NCBI GenBank assembly: GCA_000002445.1
Contig: CP000070.1
Coordinates: forward strand, 704,001-768,000
Reading direction: 5' to 3'
DNA: 64,000 nucleotides
Origin: Trypanosoma brucei
Taxonomy: Eukaryota
Shown here: one piece after another, positions 12,036-22,180 of the stretch
How the letters are laid out: every line of letters starts with the position of its first letter
Numbering within the stretch: the first letter of the stretch is position 1
Notes under the pieces: generated by a model
Seen by the model: only the letters and a program-made list of their open reading frames with translations
Told to the model about the DNA's origin: nothing
The model's database searches: none
Translations under genes and position numbers: made by a program

Positions 12036-12952
12036 AATGACGTTTCTGTTTTGTCTCTCTCTTTTTTTTTTTCGGATTTAGCAGCGGTGCGTTGTGCCGC
12101 CTTGGGGTGGTTTGCCGCGTTCACCGCTTTCAGGGCCGTGACAGAGTTTAGATTGAGGTTGGGTTGCGCGCGCGTACCTCACTCTCCACTGCCCCTGCGA
12201 CGCAGCTGCCTTGCTAGTTCCTTTCCTTTTCGTTTTTGTTTACAAAAATGACGTCGCCACAACTCGGGTGAAATCAGGCTCCAGCCGACAGCCCCGCGCT
12301 GCGGGAGATGGACTCTCCGCCCCCTTTCTTTGTCTAAGGGGCGGCGGAGGCGTAGTGCCTGTCGTTGGCAGGTTGACGCGTGCAAGGGGAAAGCCGGGCG
12401 GTCTCGTTGATGTGCGCTGACGTGCGTTCTCTGGGCGCTATCCGCTCTCTGGCAGTAGGGCGCGCACCTTTCGCTCCTGCAGGAATTTTCTGTTGCTTTA
12501 AGTTTTCAACACCCTCCTCACTTCTCACTGCTTACCCACGCGTTTCTTGTGGGTTATGGATGAAAGGAAGCGGTGGGAGAACTGTAGTTATTTTATATCT
12601 GTGTGCTGCGTTTCCTATATTCTGTACCTGCAGGGCGGCGGAGGGATGTTTGAGGACGCCGATTCTCCTTCTCTTTGCCGCTACCTTGTACACTTTCAAC
12701 TATTCGCCCTTTCTGGATGGAAAGACGTAGGAAACCCCATTTCATCTGTTATGTTTTGGTGTGGTCTTTTTTTGTTCAGCACCCGTTTAGTAATTGTTCC
12801 GAATCCTTGTTTCTTCGTAGGGTGCGTCCGGACGTTTTACACTTTATATTTGTAGCCCTTCATAATTACTTGTCTGTTTCCTCGCCTCGTAGCGTAATTT
12901 GTGTGTAGTGTGCCCTCGCCGATTTGACATGCTCTCCTTCTCGAAATAGAAG

Positions 12953-13495
12953 ATGGAATACCAAGGTTCTCCACAGCAAGAGGAAGGCGACGCTGCGCTT
13001 GCTAAGCGCCTCCACGAAGAGTTAAACCGTTCCGAAGCCTCCGGTCATCAAGAGCCAAGTGACCAAACTGGAGGCAGGCGACAGGTGGAATGCCCTATGT
13101 GCTCATCGGTAAGTGTTGTTGTTGGTGCCGCTGATGGGGTTCAGCAGGTTTGTGAGCGCTGTAAAGCCACTACTCACGGTGGTTTTGCAAGTGGTGAGGA
13201 TAACGAAAATTATAGTATGCAAAAGCTGTTGTTGTGCAATATTTGTCAATCCTACAACAGGGTTCCAAAGGGTACATTTGATGCCATCCTCTGCGGAGCA
13301 TGCGGTAATCAATTGAAAGCTGGGGGATCGGTGACTGAGAATTTGTCACCCGAAGATACACGGGTTCGGACGCAGGAAATTCGTGTGCGGTGCCCTAAGT
13401 GTTCTAGTATTAACACGGTAGAGGCCAACACTGATGCACTTAGTGTTCGCTTTGAATGTGGTTCGTGCCGATATGCTAATGAAGTTTTTTTTTAG
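12953..13495 (+). CDS. hypothetical zinc-ribbon protein (six CxxC pairs)
   Basis: 180-aa ORF with CPMC, CERC, CNIC, CGAC, CPKC, CGSC pairs spaced as three zinc-ribbon modules. It is the first ORF of the plus-strand unit. Confidence 0.45.
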   Translation: MEYQGSPQQEEGDAALAKRLHEELNRSEASGHQEPSDQTGGRRQVECPMCSSVSVVVGAADGVQQVCERCKATTHGGFASGEDNENYSMQKLLLCNICQSYNRVPKGTFDAILCGACGNQLKAGGSVTENLSPEDTRVRTQEIRVRCPKCSSINTVEANTDALSVRFECGSCRYANEVFF

Positions 13496-13609
13496 TGATT
13501 AGGTAAGGGAAGATGTAGCGTTTGTCTTCTAGATACTCCTGTGCTTGCGTAGGTGTTTTAAACGAAAACACACAGAACGGGGGTTCATTGCATCAAATTT
13601 ACCTCAATA

Positions 13610-14683
13610 TTGTGTAACCACAACGGTACTTGTGAGTGTACGCTGACCACCTTAAAACCTTATCGTTTGTTGGAAATCTGTTTAAATATTTGTAGTGTAG
13701 AAGGTGGAATCTCGCCTGGGGCACTTTTTGACGCTTGTAACGCTGTAGAAGCTGCGCATTCCATGGGAATAGTAGGAGAGTATGAAATATTAGAAACTCT
13801 AGGAACTGGTGCATTTAGCAAGGTAAAGTTGGTGCGGCACCTACCCACGAATGTGTATTTTGTTGCCAAGATCATCCAGAAGAGCAATCAACAGGTAGAA
13901 ACGGATGTCAGACTGGAAATATCGATCCTTCGGAGGTTGAGACATCGCAACATTGTGCAACTAATAGAAATTTTGGAAAGTTCTAATAACTATTACATCA
14001 TACTGGAACCCGTCCTTGGTGGCGATGTTTGCAGTCTTGTATTGTCCCAAGAGGGCGGCCTTGCCGAAGATTTTGTTGCCAACCTTTTCTTCCAGCTCGT
14101 GGCAGGGTTGCGTGCATGCCACCAAAATGGAGTTGCTCATCGAGACTTAAAGCCGGAAAATTTGCTGTTAACTGGAGAAAAAGTACTGAAGATATCAGAT
14201 TTTGGGTTAAGCCGCCTGCACAAACAAAGTAATTTCCATGCGGAAGCGGAAGAATATGCTCATACTCTTACAGGCACTTTAGCGTACGTTGCGCCTGAAG
14301 TCCTTGATGGAAATTATGATGCATTTAAAGCAGATATATGGTCAATTGGATGTATACTTTATGTTATGCTTACGGGTCAGTTCCCCTTCGGCCCCACAAC
14401 CGATGCTTGTGAGCTCGGTGAGCGAATAAAAGATGGCAGGGTCTGTGAAATGCCCAAGTCAGTTAGTGAAAATGCACGGGAGTTGACAATGTGGCTATTG
14501 TCCCGTGATCCGGCCAGTAGGCCTTCACTGGATGAGGTGGCAACTCACGCATTTCTTAGACAACATGTCCCTGCGAAGAACATTATGGCACTTACACGTA
14601 GTAGACAAGCGAAAATATTGGCGCCCGACCCCTCAGAATTTAGTAGCGCAATACCGGAGGAGAAACAAGTTGCAAACAGCTAA
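13610..14683 (+). CDS. serine/threonine protein kinase (CAMK/AMPK-like catalytic domain)
   Basis: Glycine loop LGTGAFSKV, VAK lysine, catalytic HRDLKPENLLL, DFGLS, activation-loop GTLAYVAPE, DIWSIG. A probable alternative start is the ATG at 13763 (MGIVGEYEIL...). Confidence 0.8.
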   Translation: MCNHNGTCECTLTTLKPYRLLEICLNICSVEGGISPGALFDACNAVEAAHSMGIVGEYEILETLGTGAFSKVKLVRHLPTNVYFVAKIIQKSNQQVETDVRLEISILRRLRHRNIVQLIEILESSNNYYIILEPVLGGDVCSLVLSQEGGLAEDFVANLFFQLVAGLRACHQNGVAHRDLKPENLLLTGEKVLKISDFGLSRLHKQSNFHAEAEEYAHTLTGTLAYVAPEVLDGNYDAFKADIWSIGCILYVMLTGQFPFGPTTDACELGERIKDGRVCEMPKSVSENARELTMWLLSRDPASRPSLDEVATHAFLRQHVPAKNIMALTRSRQAKILAPDPSEFSSAIPEEKQVANS

Positions 14684-15443
14684 CTACCTTGGGTGCATAA
14701 GGTCAACTAAGAGTACTTTTTGTGGCAAGTGCTTTCGAGAACTGCCGGAAAGGGGTTTGACATTCTCATATGACAATTTTAAGAAGCTGATTACCCGTGG
14801 TATTTTTTAAAGGCACAACCCTTATATGAGAATACTGAAACAATGCGGTCCTGTTTACTACGCAATTCTGTTAACGCGCCTGGTGCACGGGGAAGGGGAG
14901 CGAACGTCTGAGGAATGTTGGATGCATGCATGAAGTTGGACCATTAAAATTGAGTCTGATGCAAACATGCATGCACAAATGTGGTGAAATTAAGAAGAAA
15001 ATCGTTGAGAAACCTTTTGTTCGTTCCTTGCGCCCCAACGCTGGTGGAAAATGGAGTCTCGACGAAGGTGCTTCATTTTCTTAATAAAACTCTAGAAGTG
15101 TTGCGGGGGTACACTTTCCTCGGGAAAGCTGTACCGGAACCACTTGACTTTGACCGCATACATCGAGAAGGAATGAACCGCTGTGTGAGCAAGGCTTTTT
15201 ATATTTCTTTTTTGATCGAATTATCTTTAACCGTTGTGTTGTTTAATGCTTTTATGCTTATTTGATTTACGCCTGCTGATGACTATTGGCTGTCTCTAAC
15301 CGTATGCTACGCACTGATTCGGGCAGTATTTCACTTTTATCCTTCCTGATTCCTTTTTTTGAAACTAACCTAACCCTTTTTTATTGAAGGCCGAAGGGGG
15401 CAGTTTTTAAGCGTTAACTACCCGAGAAAGGGGGAAAAATACA

Positions 15444-16280
15444 ATGCCAAGACCTGCCCCACGTTTCGCGATGGGGCACATGCTTCCTCATCGAAGTAAT
15501 GTTGGTTCCCAATTTTTGCATACCCAAAGGCACGGATCCCGGAGCACTTGGTACAAAAAACACTATTTTTCCCTGCGTCCGTTTGCAATCCAACGCCATC
15601 ACGGGACTACTCCCCGTATTTTACTTGATCGCAGTTTATGGAAATCTCTCTGGATTACCAAATTGCAACTACCAGATATTAACAGGTGGGAACGTGTTGT
15701 AAACAGCCAAAGGGTCACCGAAGATCGTTATGCTTTCGTGGAGGAAGAGGGTGTGATGCACAAGGTGAACTGGGGTCTTTATTGTGAACGGCTCGAAACA
15801 GAGTTGACTGTCACACAAGAGAGGCTTCCGCAACACACACTACTGATGAAAGCAGCGCCTTCTAGTTGGAAAAAATTGGATATCGATATTAGTGTTATTC
15901 GTGGCCTATCCTTACGTGAAGCAATGGCACAGTGCAAACTTTCGTTGCGCAAAGGACACCAGATTGTCTTCCGTGCTCTGGAGATGGCGCAACAGGGAGC
16001 AGAGGCAAAGGGCCTTGACAAGGAGCATCTACGCGTAGCTCACATTTCATGTTACCCTGGCCCAACTGACAAACAGATTGATATTCGTAGCAAAGGCTAT
16101 TACGCCTGGAAGACAAAAAAGTCGTCTCATTTGGTTCTTACTTTAGCTGAGGATCCTGAGATGGTGCTTCCTGACCGTACATGCCTTCCGTATTCTTCGC
16201 TAATGTCAATGAAGCGTGCCGGGCTTTCCGCCCAACCTACGGTAATTGACGTACCCGCTATTACTGCTGAGGGCATTTAG
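15444..16280 (+). CDS. ribosomal protein L22 (uL22)-like, probably mitochondrial
   Basis: The C-terminal half matches the uL22 fold pattern: ...LRKGHQIVFRALEMAQQGAEAKGLDKEHLRVAHISCYPGPTDKQIDIRSKGYYAWKTKKSSHLVLTL, compare bacterial ...GLDxDxLxVxxxxVDEGPxxKRxxPRAxGRAxxIxKRTSHITVVV. The long N-terminal extension is typical of kinetoplastid mitoribosomal proteins. Confidence 0.45.
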   Translation: MPRPAPRFAMGHMLPHRSNVGSQFLHTQRHGSRSTWYKKHYFSLRPFAIQRHHGTTPRILLDRSLWKSLWITKLQLPDINRWERVVNSQRVTEDRYAFVEEEGVMHKVNWGLYCERLETELTVTQERLPQHTLLMKAAPSSWKKLDIDISVIRGLSLREAMAQCKLSLRKGHQIVFRALEMAQQGAEAKGLDKEHLRVAHISCYPGPTDKQIDIRSKGYYAWKTKKSSHLVLTLAEDPEMVLPDRTCLPYSSLMSMKRAGLSAQPTVIDVPAITAEGI

Positions 16281-16459
16281 CTAGTTTAAGTAGCAGCACA
16301 TTACTTGTGGGGTAAAAAAAAAAGCCTGGCTGAACAGTTGGAGAGATGTGCCAGTGACTTAGTTGCGTACTACTTGGTGACCGTTGTTGAAAGAATATTG
16401 GGTGTTTTCTCCTATCGAAATAACTTATATACGGGTCTTCACTCATTACCCCGGTTCGT

Positions 16460-17779
16460 GTGAAAGCTTTCTGTAATAACGCTCGTTCCCTTCGTTTTTT
16501 ATTATTGAAACTTCGGCAACCATGCGGGAGAACGGTATGGTTTACAGGTGTAATGTTTAGGAAACGTTACAGACCCCTTGACCCTGCGGAGGAACGCTCT
16601 GTGGGTGTCGAGCAGGCGCTTCATGTTGGTTTTCTGAGGGATGAACAGTCGTATTGCTTCAGGTGGCCGGATGCCCCGCTTACGGCGATGCTGCGGCGGT
16701 CGGACGATTCCCTAGTTCTAGGCATGCAGAGTGGCTCCGGTTCCGGCACTCAGAACGCCGTTGTACTTCCTCCTGTACCAAGGTTGAGTGCCGTGTTAGC
16801 TGAACACGACAAAGCTGAATTGTTTAGTTCCCTCTCTACCAACAATACAGCTATTTCGTTTTCAGCCGATTCCTCTTCGGCAAGTGGCATCGTGCTAAAT
16901 CGAGGGAAGCGGCAGTTCTCGGCACCGGCGTCGACTTGTGTCGACGATAGCGTGTTCTCTTTCAGTTCTTTCCAAATGAAAGAGTTGGAATCATCGGGTG
17001 CTTTAAAGGCTTTCTATGAAGCTCATGCATTCTCAACAGTTTCCGCTACGGGTGATGGATGTGACAAGGTGCTAAAGGTTCTGGCAAGACGGAGAATGGA
17101 GGAGGAAATAGTACGTTTGGAGTGGCGTGCGTATTATGAAACGGAAAAGGTATCTCCCGCAATACAACGAATTTTGCTTCTAACAGTGGCGGTGCCCTTC
17201 CTTGATAACTTCGAAAGCAGCGTACTAGCCTCTACCGAAGGTGAGGCAAAGTGGCAGCGGATTATTTACGAACTATGGGTAAAATGGCGGATTGGATCCG
17301 TGAAGGCCGGAGAAGTAGCAACTGCATCTGATGGTACCCCGTGGGGGGCGCCATTGTTACCCGGCTCTTTTGTATCCTCCCTTTCAAGAGAGTACTTCAC
17401 AACTGTGGGCCCGGACCGCAGTGGTGCACTTAGGGGAGTTAGGGCTAACGATGCTAAGGGTGCTGATGGCGAAGGCTGTCAAGTGCTCTCTTCGGCAGCA
17501 GTGGGACGCCGAGGTGCGTACGGATATCTTAGATGGCGCATTGATCTCTACGAACCTCGACTGCGCGCGGTGCCTAAAGAGGGCGATGATGAGTATGGGT
17601 TGAGTAGTTCCACCAAACTTGTGGGGGCTGCCGAAGTGAATAATATTGTTGAAGAAAAAGTTCCATCAGTCCTGTGTGATGTGAGGCTTGGTGGGCGTGT
17701 TGACCCTCTCGACGCGCTGGCATTAACCGACATCCGCAGCGATGTGGGGACTTGGAGACAGTGGCTTGCTCATGTGTGA
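16460..17779 (+). CDS. hypothetical protein
   Basis: 439-aa ORF in the plus-strand unit with sustained coding-like codon usage. No recognisable motif. Confidence 0.5.
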   Translation: MKAFCNNARSLRFLLLKLRQPCGRTVWFTGVMFRKRYRPLDPAEERSVGVEQALHVGFLRDEQSYCFRWPDAPLTAMLRRSDDSLVLGMQSGSGSGTQNAVVLPPVPRLSAVLAEHDKAELFSSLSTNNTAISFSADSSSASGIVLNRGKRQFSAPASTCVDDSVFSFSSFQMKELESSGALKAFYEAHAFSTVSATGDGCDKVLKVLARRRMEEEIVRLEWRAYYETEKVSPAIQRILLLTVAVPFLDNFESSVLASTEGEAKWQRIIYELWVKWRIGSVKAGEVATASDGTPWGAPLLPGSFVSSLSREYFTTVGPDRSGALRGVRANDAKGADGEGCQVLSSAAVGRRGAYGYLRWRIDLYEPRLRAVPKEGDDEYGLSSSTKLVGAAEVNNIVEEKVPSVLCDVRLGGRVDPLDALALTDIRSDVGTWRQWLAHV

Positions 17780-18273
17780 GTTGTGTGACCCTTTGTCGCC
17801 GAAGTAACTACTCATTTGTTAATGGCACGGTCGTCCTCGCGGGTTAATGTACGCACACCCTCCAATAAACGTTGGAGAAGCTGTGAAATACCTTCTGATG
17901 TATAGCACATAAAGTGGCGTCTCATATGTCACCACAAAGTGGTGTTGTTATGTATGCGCTACACGCGGGGAAGGTAAAGAATGGAGGGGATGGCATGTAC
18001 GATGCTAAACCGGGCTACGTCATTTTTTGAGTTTTTTCCCCATACGTCACGCAGTTGGTGGGCACGCGACCAATGTTTTCGTTCGCAGAGCGGTTTCTCT
18101 TAGTTCTTCGAGTTCACCACTTACTACTATCAACGCTTATTTCATCCATTCCTTTGTTCCCCCTCAGCAAAGCGAAGGCTAGTGAGACCGACCAAAAGCG
18201 AAAACCTAACAAGAAACGGTAATATAGAACTGACACGGGTGGTAAAGTGGTGACATTGAGGAGTGAATAAAAA

Positions 18274-18660
18274 GTGGCCAAATCATATAGAGGCAAAGAC
18301 AGCCAAATGTCTAAAGCTCCTTCGCAACCAGCCAAGAAGTGGATGAGCGCTCGCACCCTTGCGAAGTCGGAAGATGCGACTAACCGTAAAAGTAATACGG
18401 CGGCCCCAGCGTCTCAACCTTCACAACAGCCGGCGTCGGTTATGCATGAGCGACCTACGCCGCCTCCTCCGGCCCCAGTTCAACTGCCTCAATCCGTTTT
18501 CTTTGAGCGACAGGAAGCGGTTGATACGTTAAGTAACCTTTATCGCAATGCGCAGAGTGTTAAAAAGATCGAAACCGGTCCAGCTGCGTTTGAAGCACGG
18601 GATATCTCCAAGGTTCATGAGGAGTTAATGGATTGTCTCAGGCCGGCAGCGGCGGCATAG
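18274..18660 (+). CDS. hypothetical small Pro/Gln-rich protein
   Basis: 128-aa ORF in the unit orientation, within a 1.8 kb gap between larger genes. Confidence 0.3.
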   Translation: MAKSYRGKDSQMSKAPSQPAKKWMSARTLAKSEDATNRKSNTAAPASQPSQQPASVMHERPTPPPPAPVQLPQSVFFERQEAVDTLSNLYRNAQSVKKIETGPAAFEARDISKVHEELMDCLRPAAAA

Positions 18661-19548
18661 CACGACCAATGGCTGCACATGGGATGTTCTTGTCGTCCAG
18701 ACGAGCTTTTCGTGGTGTTTTCACTATTGTGACCGGGTTTGATGCTCCACCTTAAGAGGAATAAAAGAGAAGATGAGGAAAAGAAAGTGTACAGGAAATG
18801 AGTCATGAGGATTTTGGGGGAAGGTAGAAGAGAGAGCACACATCAGGTGTTGTAATGAAACCTACTTTTATTGTTCCCCACGTCGCTTCAACTTTCTGTA
18901 GCCATCACTATTTTTCGGTGAAGCCTTGCTAGTGAGGGACGATTTGAACTGTTTGTAGTGCTTATTGTAGTGTCTTCTTCGTGACTCTCACTCTGTTCCC
19001 TTTATTTTTTTCATTCTTTTCGTTGCCTGTTTAACGTTTTCCTTATTATAGTTTGCTGGTGGCTCAGGGTGCAGAGTAGAAAGAAAAAGACTTTGGCGTT
19101 AACCATCAGGCGGTCCACTCCATCGCGAGAGTGCATATACTTGAGGGTACAAGACTCACTCACTTGTTCGACAGTGGCTCGTGGTAAGGTTCGTTTCGAG
19201 CGAACTGATCTTAAGAAAGGGGGATAAGTTTGTTTGAAACACTGCTCTTTGTCCAGGCATAAAGTTAGAGGGGGTGTCGGAGCCTTTGGACGGTGGCAGG
19301 TACCAAACTAGCTGCGGAGTTTGTCGTGCGCTGTTGAAGACAGGGCTGAAAAAAAAAGTGGTGGATTGAGCTCCAACTCGTGGGGTTTACATGTTATATT
19401 TTCCAGAACAATGCTTCTTTTTTTTTTTTTGCTTTTGTGCCGCATGTGGTTGCTTTCTTTATATATATGAACAGTTTGGAACTGAAAATCATATGACAGT
19501 GAAGTTTTTAACCCACTTTTTTGTAAAAATAAAAAAAGGAAGAAAAAC

Positions 19549-21663
19549 GTGGAGCGAATGGACGGGGATGATGGCATGCCGCCGTCAGAACATTCTGGGA
19601 CGCCGTTTTCGCAGTTTGAAGAGGACCAAGAACAGGAGGACCTCCTACGGGAAGAGATACCGGAGGAGGCAGGGGAATCGGAGTTGCCCGAAGGTGACGA
19701 TCAGACAGACATTGCCTTGCTGCCGAATGACTCGGAATATGCCGCTAACACCAGTGAGCTGGAAGGCTTCGGAACTGAGGTAAGGACTACCGATATGGAG
19801 CTGGAGGATTCGGTTGATCCTGAGCTTGACATGGTCGGGGCGGAGGTTGCTCCGGTCACGAAACCAAGTGAATCTGTCGAGGAGCTTCCGCTTACGGCGC
19901 AGGCTGTGGACAGTGAATTGGCGGATGTGATGCCGGAACGTGAACAGCCCTCTTATGGTGTACAGACTCAACTGGATGTCGAGGACATTACAGAGGAGTC
20001 TTCACAACAACCGACAGCCGAGAGTTCAGAAGTAGAAGCACACCAGTTGTCTCCAAATGAATATATAGTGTCCGCTGATATTGAAGTCAGTGTTTTCGTT
20101 ACAGTGCAGCCAATGGGGTTTCAAGTCACCGTGAAAGCACCTGGGGGGAGTAGAGGCGATGTTTATTCAGGATTTTTGTATGAGTGCATTGCCTCGCGGT
20201 TTGGTGTACATCCGGAGTCATTGCGGCTTCGATGGCGTGGAGAACGACTTCGGTTTGGTGTTACAGTTCCTTATGAAGCAGGTCCAGGTCCGCGGGAGGG
20301 GCGGCTATGGATTGATGCCTTCTTCAATGAAGGGATGATACCAGAACATCTAATGTCGATTGAGAAGGACAACCACTACGTGCGTTGTGTAACGGTGCGT
20401 GCGCGTTTGGAGCAAATCGGACCTTCAGACCTCATTTCTGCCCGTCGTCGCGGTTTAACTTTTGACGAGGCCATTAATGAGGTGCGGGAAAGTACTAAGC
20501 CTCAAAACTATATGACCATATCTATTGTGCATGATCCAATGGGGATTCGGCTGCCTTTCCTGGGTGGTTATCGCCTAAAGAAGGATCATTCCCGAATATT
20601 TCGTCATGCTGCCACACAACTTTCTTCTCCTGGGGACACAACTTTGGCTGATTTGCAGTATGGCCCTATTGTACGGAATAGGGTGTCAAGAAAAACTCAG
20701 ACTTACGGGGTCTCCCGAAGCACTCAGACGCTTCGAGAGGGCCGAACACAGACGGCGCGTCCGGATTACGAGGTGGACGAGAAATTTGACGAGGCGATAA
20801 CAGCAAAACCTTACTTCTCCTCCCAAGAGCTTCTCGCTTTACAGTCGACAATGATTGTTGTGATACAGAAAATGTACCGGAAGTGGAAGGCGCGAAGGGT
20901 CTTCCGCGAGGTTGCTGCCTTGCGTCAGGACTTCCTAAACAAGGCTGCACAGCAGGCTGCCGAAGAAGAAGCCGAGAAACGCCGCCGTGAGGAGTTTGAA
21001 CTAAGGCGACGAGCGGTTCCCCGGACGGCGGATGATTTCAAGACACTCCGGAAGGAATTAGAGGCGTGGCGCGCGGCCGAAGCGGAGCGTATTTTGGCTG
21101 ATACTAGTCTTAGCGAGGCGCAGAAACGCACCGCGCTCACCCATCTCACGAACAAGGAAGTCAAATTACTCAGAGAGCTGGAGACACTTCGCGGCACCGT
21201 GCTCAACAACCGGCGCATGCACCGTTTCGAAACTATCTTACAAGCGATGACGTGTGCCAAGGATTGTGGGCCCGTGTCTGTCACCACCCAGGCTGCTGAG
21301 CGGGCATGCGAACTGCGTCAACTCTACGCTTCTTTCACTGAACCACCAAAAACGGTCGAGGGGCGTCTTGATATCCTTCTTCACGTTAAATGGACTGTGA
21401 AGGAGTTCGATGTGCCCCTTACTCGCCAGATAGTAGAACTTATTGACCGTGAAGCCGATCTCCTGCAAAGGGGTCGCACTATGTGCTCACTAAAAGGGCT
21501 TCATACACGTCTAGAGAATTTATTGAAGCGTTTCATTGCCACCCCAGAATATAACCCCGCCGTCGAGGAGGTGGTAAGAGGTCCAAAATTTGGTGTCGCC
21601 GACGGCCTCGACGCTCCGAAAATTTCGTCCTCTCGACGTTTGAAGCCGTCAAACGTGCTGTGA
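19549..21663 (+). CDS. hypothetical protein with acidic N-terminus, IQ calmodulin-binding motif and C-terminal coiled coil
   Basis: 704-aa ORF. The IQ-like motif is VIQKMYRKWKARRVFREV. The N-terminal 170 aa are Asp/Glu-rich. The C-terminal region is a charged heptad-like coiled coil. Confidence 0.55.
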   Translation: MERMDGDDGMPPSEHSGTPFSQFEEDQEQEDLLREEIPEEAGESELPEGDDQTDIALLPNDSEYAANTSELEGFGTEVRTTDMELEDSVDPELDMVGAEVAPVTKPSESVEELPLTAQAVDSELADVMPEREQPSYGVQTQLDVEDITEESSQQPTAESSEVEAHQLSPNEYIVSADIEVSVFVTVQPMGFQVTVKAPGGSRGDVYSGFLYECIASRFGVHPESLRLRWRGERLRFGVTVPYEAGPGPREGRLWIDAFFNEGMIPEHLMSIEKDNHYVRCVTVRARLEQIGPSDLISARRRGLTFDEAINEVRESTKPQNYMTISIVHDPMGIRLPFLGGYRLKKDHSRIFRHAATQLSSPGDTTLADLQYGPIVRNRVSRKTQTYGVSRSTQTLREGRTQTARPDYEVDEKFDEAITAKPYFSSQELLALQSTMIVVIQKMYRKWKARRVFREVAALRQDFLNKAAQQAAEEEAEKRRREEFELRRRAVPRTADDFKTLRKELEAWRAAEAERILADTSLSEAQKRTALTHLTNKEVKLLRELETLRGTVLNNRRMHRFETILQAMTCAKDCGPVSVTTQAAERACELRQLYASFTEPPKTVEGRLDILLHVKWTVKEFDVPLTRQIVELIDREADLLQRGRTMCSLKGLHTRLENLLKRFIATPEYNPAVEEVVRGPKFGVADGLDAPKISSSRRLKPSNVL

Positions 21664-22180
21664 TTGGTGAAGAATTGATGTTGGTAGGACTTTACAGGAG
21701 TATGGAAATACACATTGTGGACGAAGAGAGGGTAGAATGGAGTGTTTGCAATCTTCTCTACTTGCACAGTGCACATTACTGGTGTGAGTGAGAAATCATG
21801 CTTCCTTTCTGCGGAAATGGATGTTGTTGGGCGTCTTTACTCTTCCCTTATTAGACAGATATGTAAACAAAGATGTTATGTACATTTTACCATTTTTTTT
21901 TTTTTTGGAAGGAGCAAACGGTGCAACTTAGTCGGATACTTCTCTCTAAGTGGAGCCGGCTTCCCCTATCTTCTTTGTTCCATGCTTTCCGTCGTCGTAC
22001 CACTAAAGCTTAGATATTCCCTCATTTACAATAGGTGAACACACTTCTTCGTCCGGCGGTGACTCTTTCCGGTGCGAGGGGACTAAGGGAGAAATCTACA
22101 GCTGGGCTCTTGATAATAAAACAACTTGTCAGACCTGCCAGGATAGCAATAGCGGCCCACTTACGGTTTTAGGCGTGTGA

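Larger units (their letters stand above)
7157..12952. promoter_or_regulatory. divergent strand-switch region (probable bidirectional RNA pol II transcription start region)
   Basis: Coding strand switches from minus (genes ending at 7156) to plus (genes from 12953). There is no ORF over 135 aa. The plus strand is CA-rich at 7680-8000, which is GT-rich on the minus (sense) strand. The plus strand is GT-rich at 11690-12130. Oligo-G/oligo-C runs occur at 11430-11450 and 12027-12035. Confidence 0.6.

Noticed and set aside
7157-12952. tRNA or snRNA genes commonly found at trypanosome strand-switch regions
   Set aside because: No GGTTCGA(A/T)TCC or its reverse complement, no TRGCNNAGTGG A-box-like starts, and no cloverleaf-compatible segments were found by eye. 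tRNAscan would be needed to be certain.
14981-15265. 94-aa ORF between the kinase and the L22-like gene
   Set aside because: It sits in a pyrimidine-rich intergenic stretch that is more likely the UTR and trans-splice region of the next gene.
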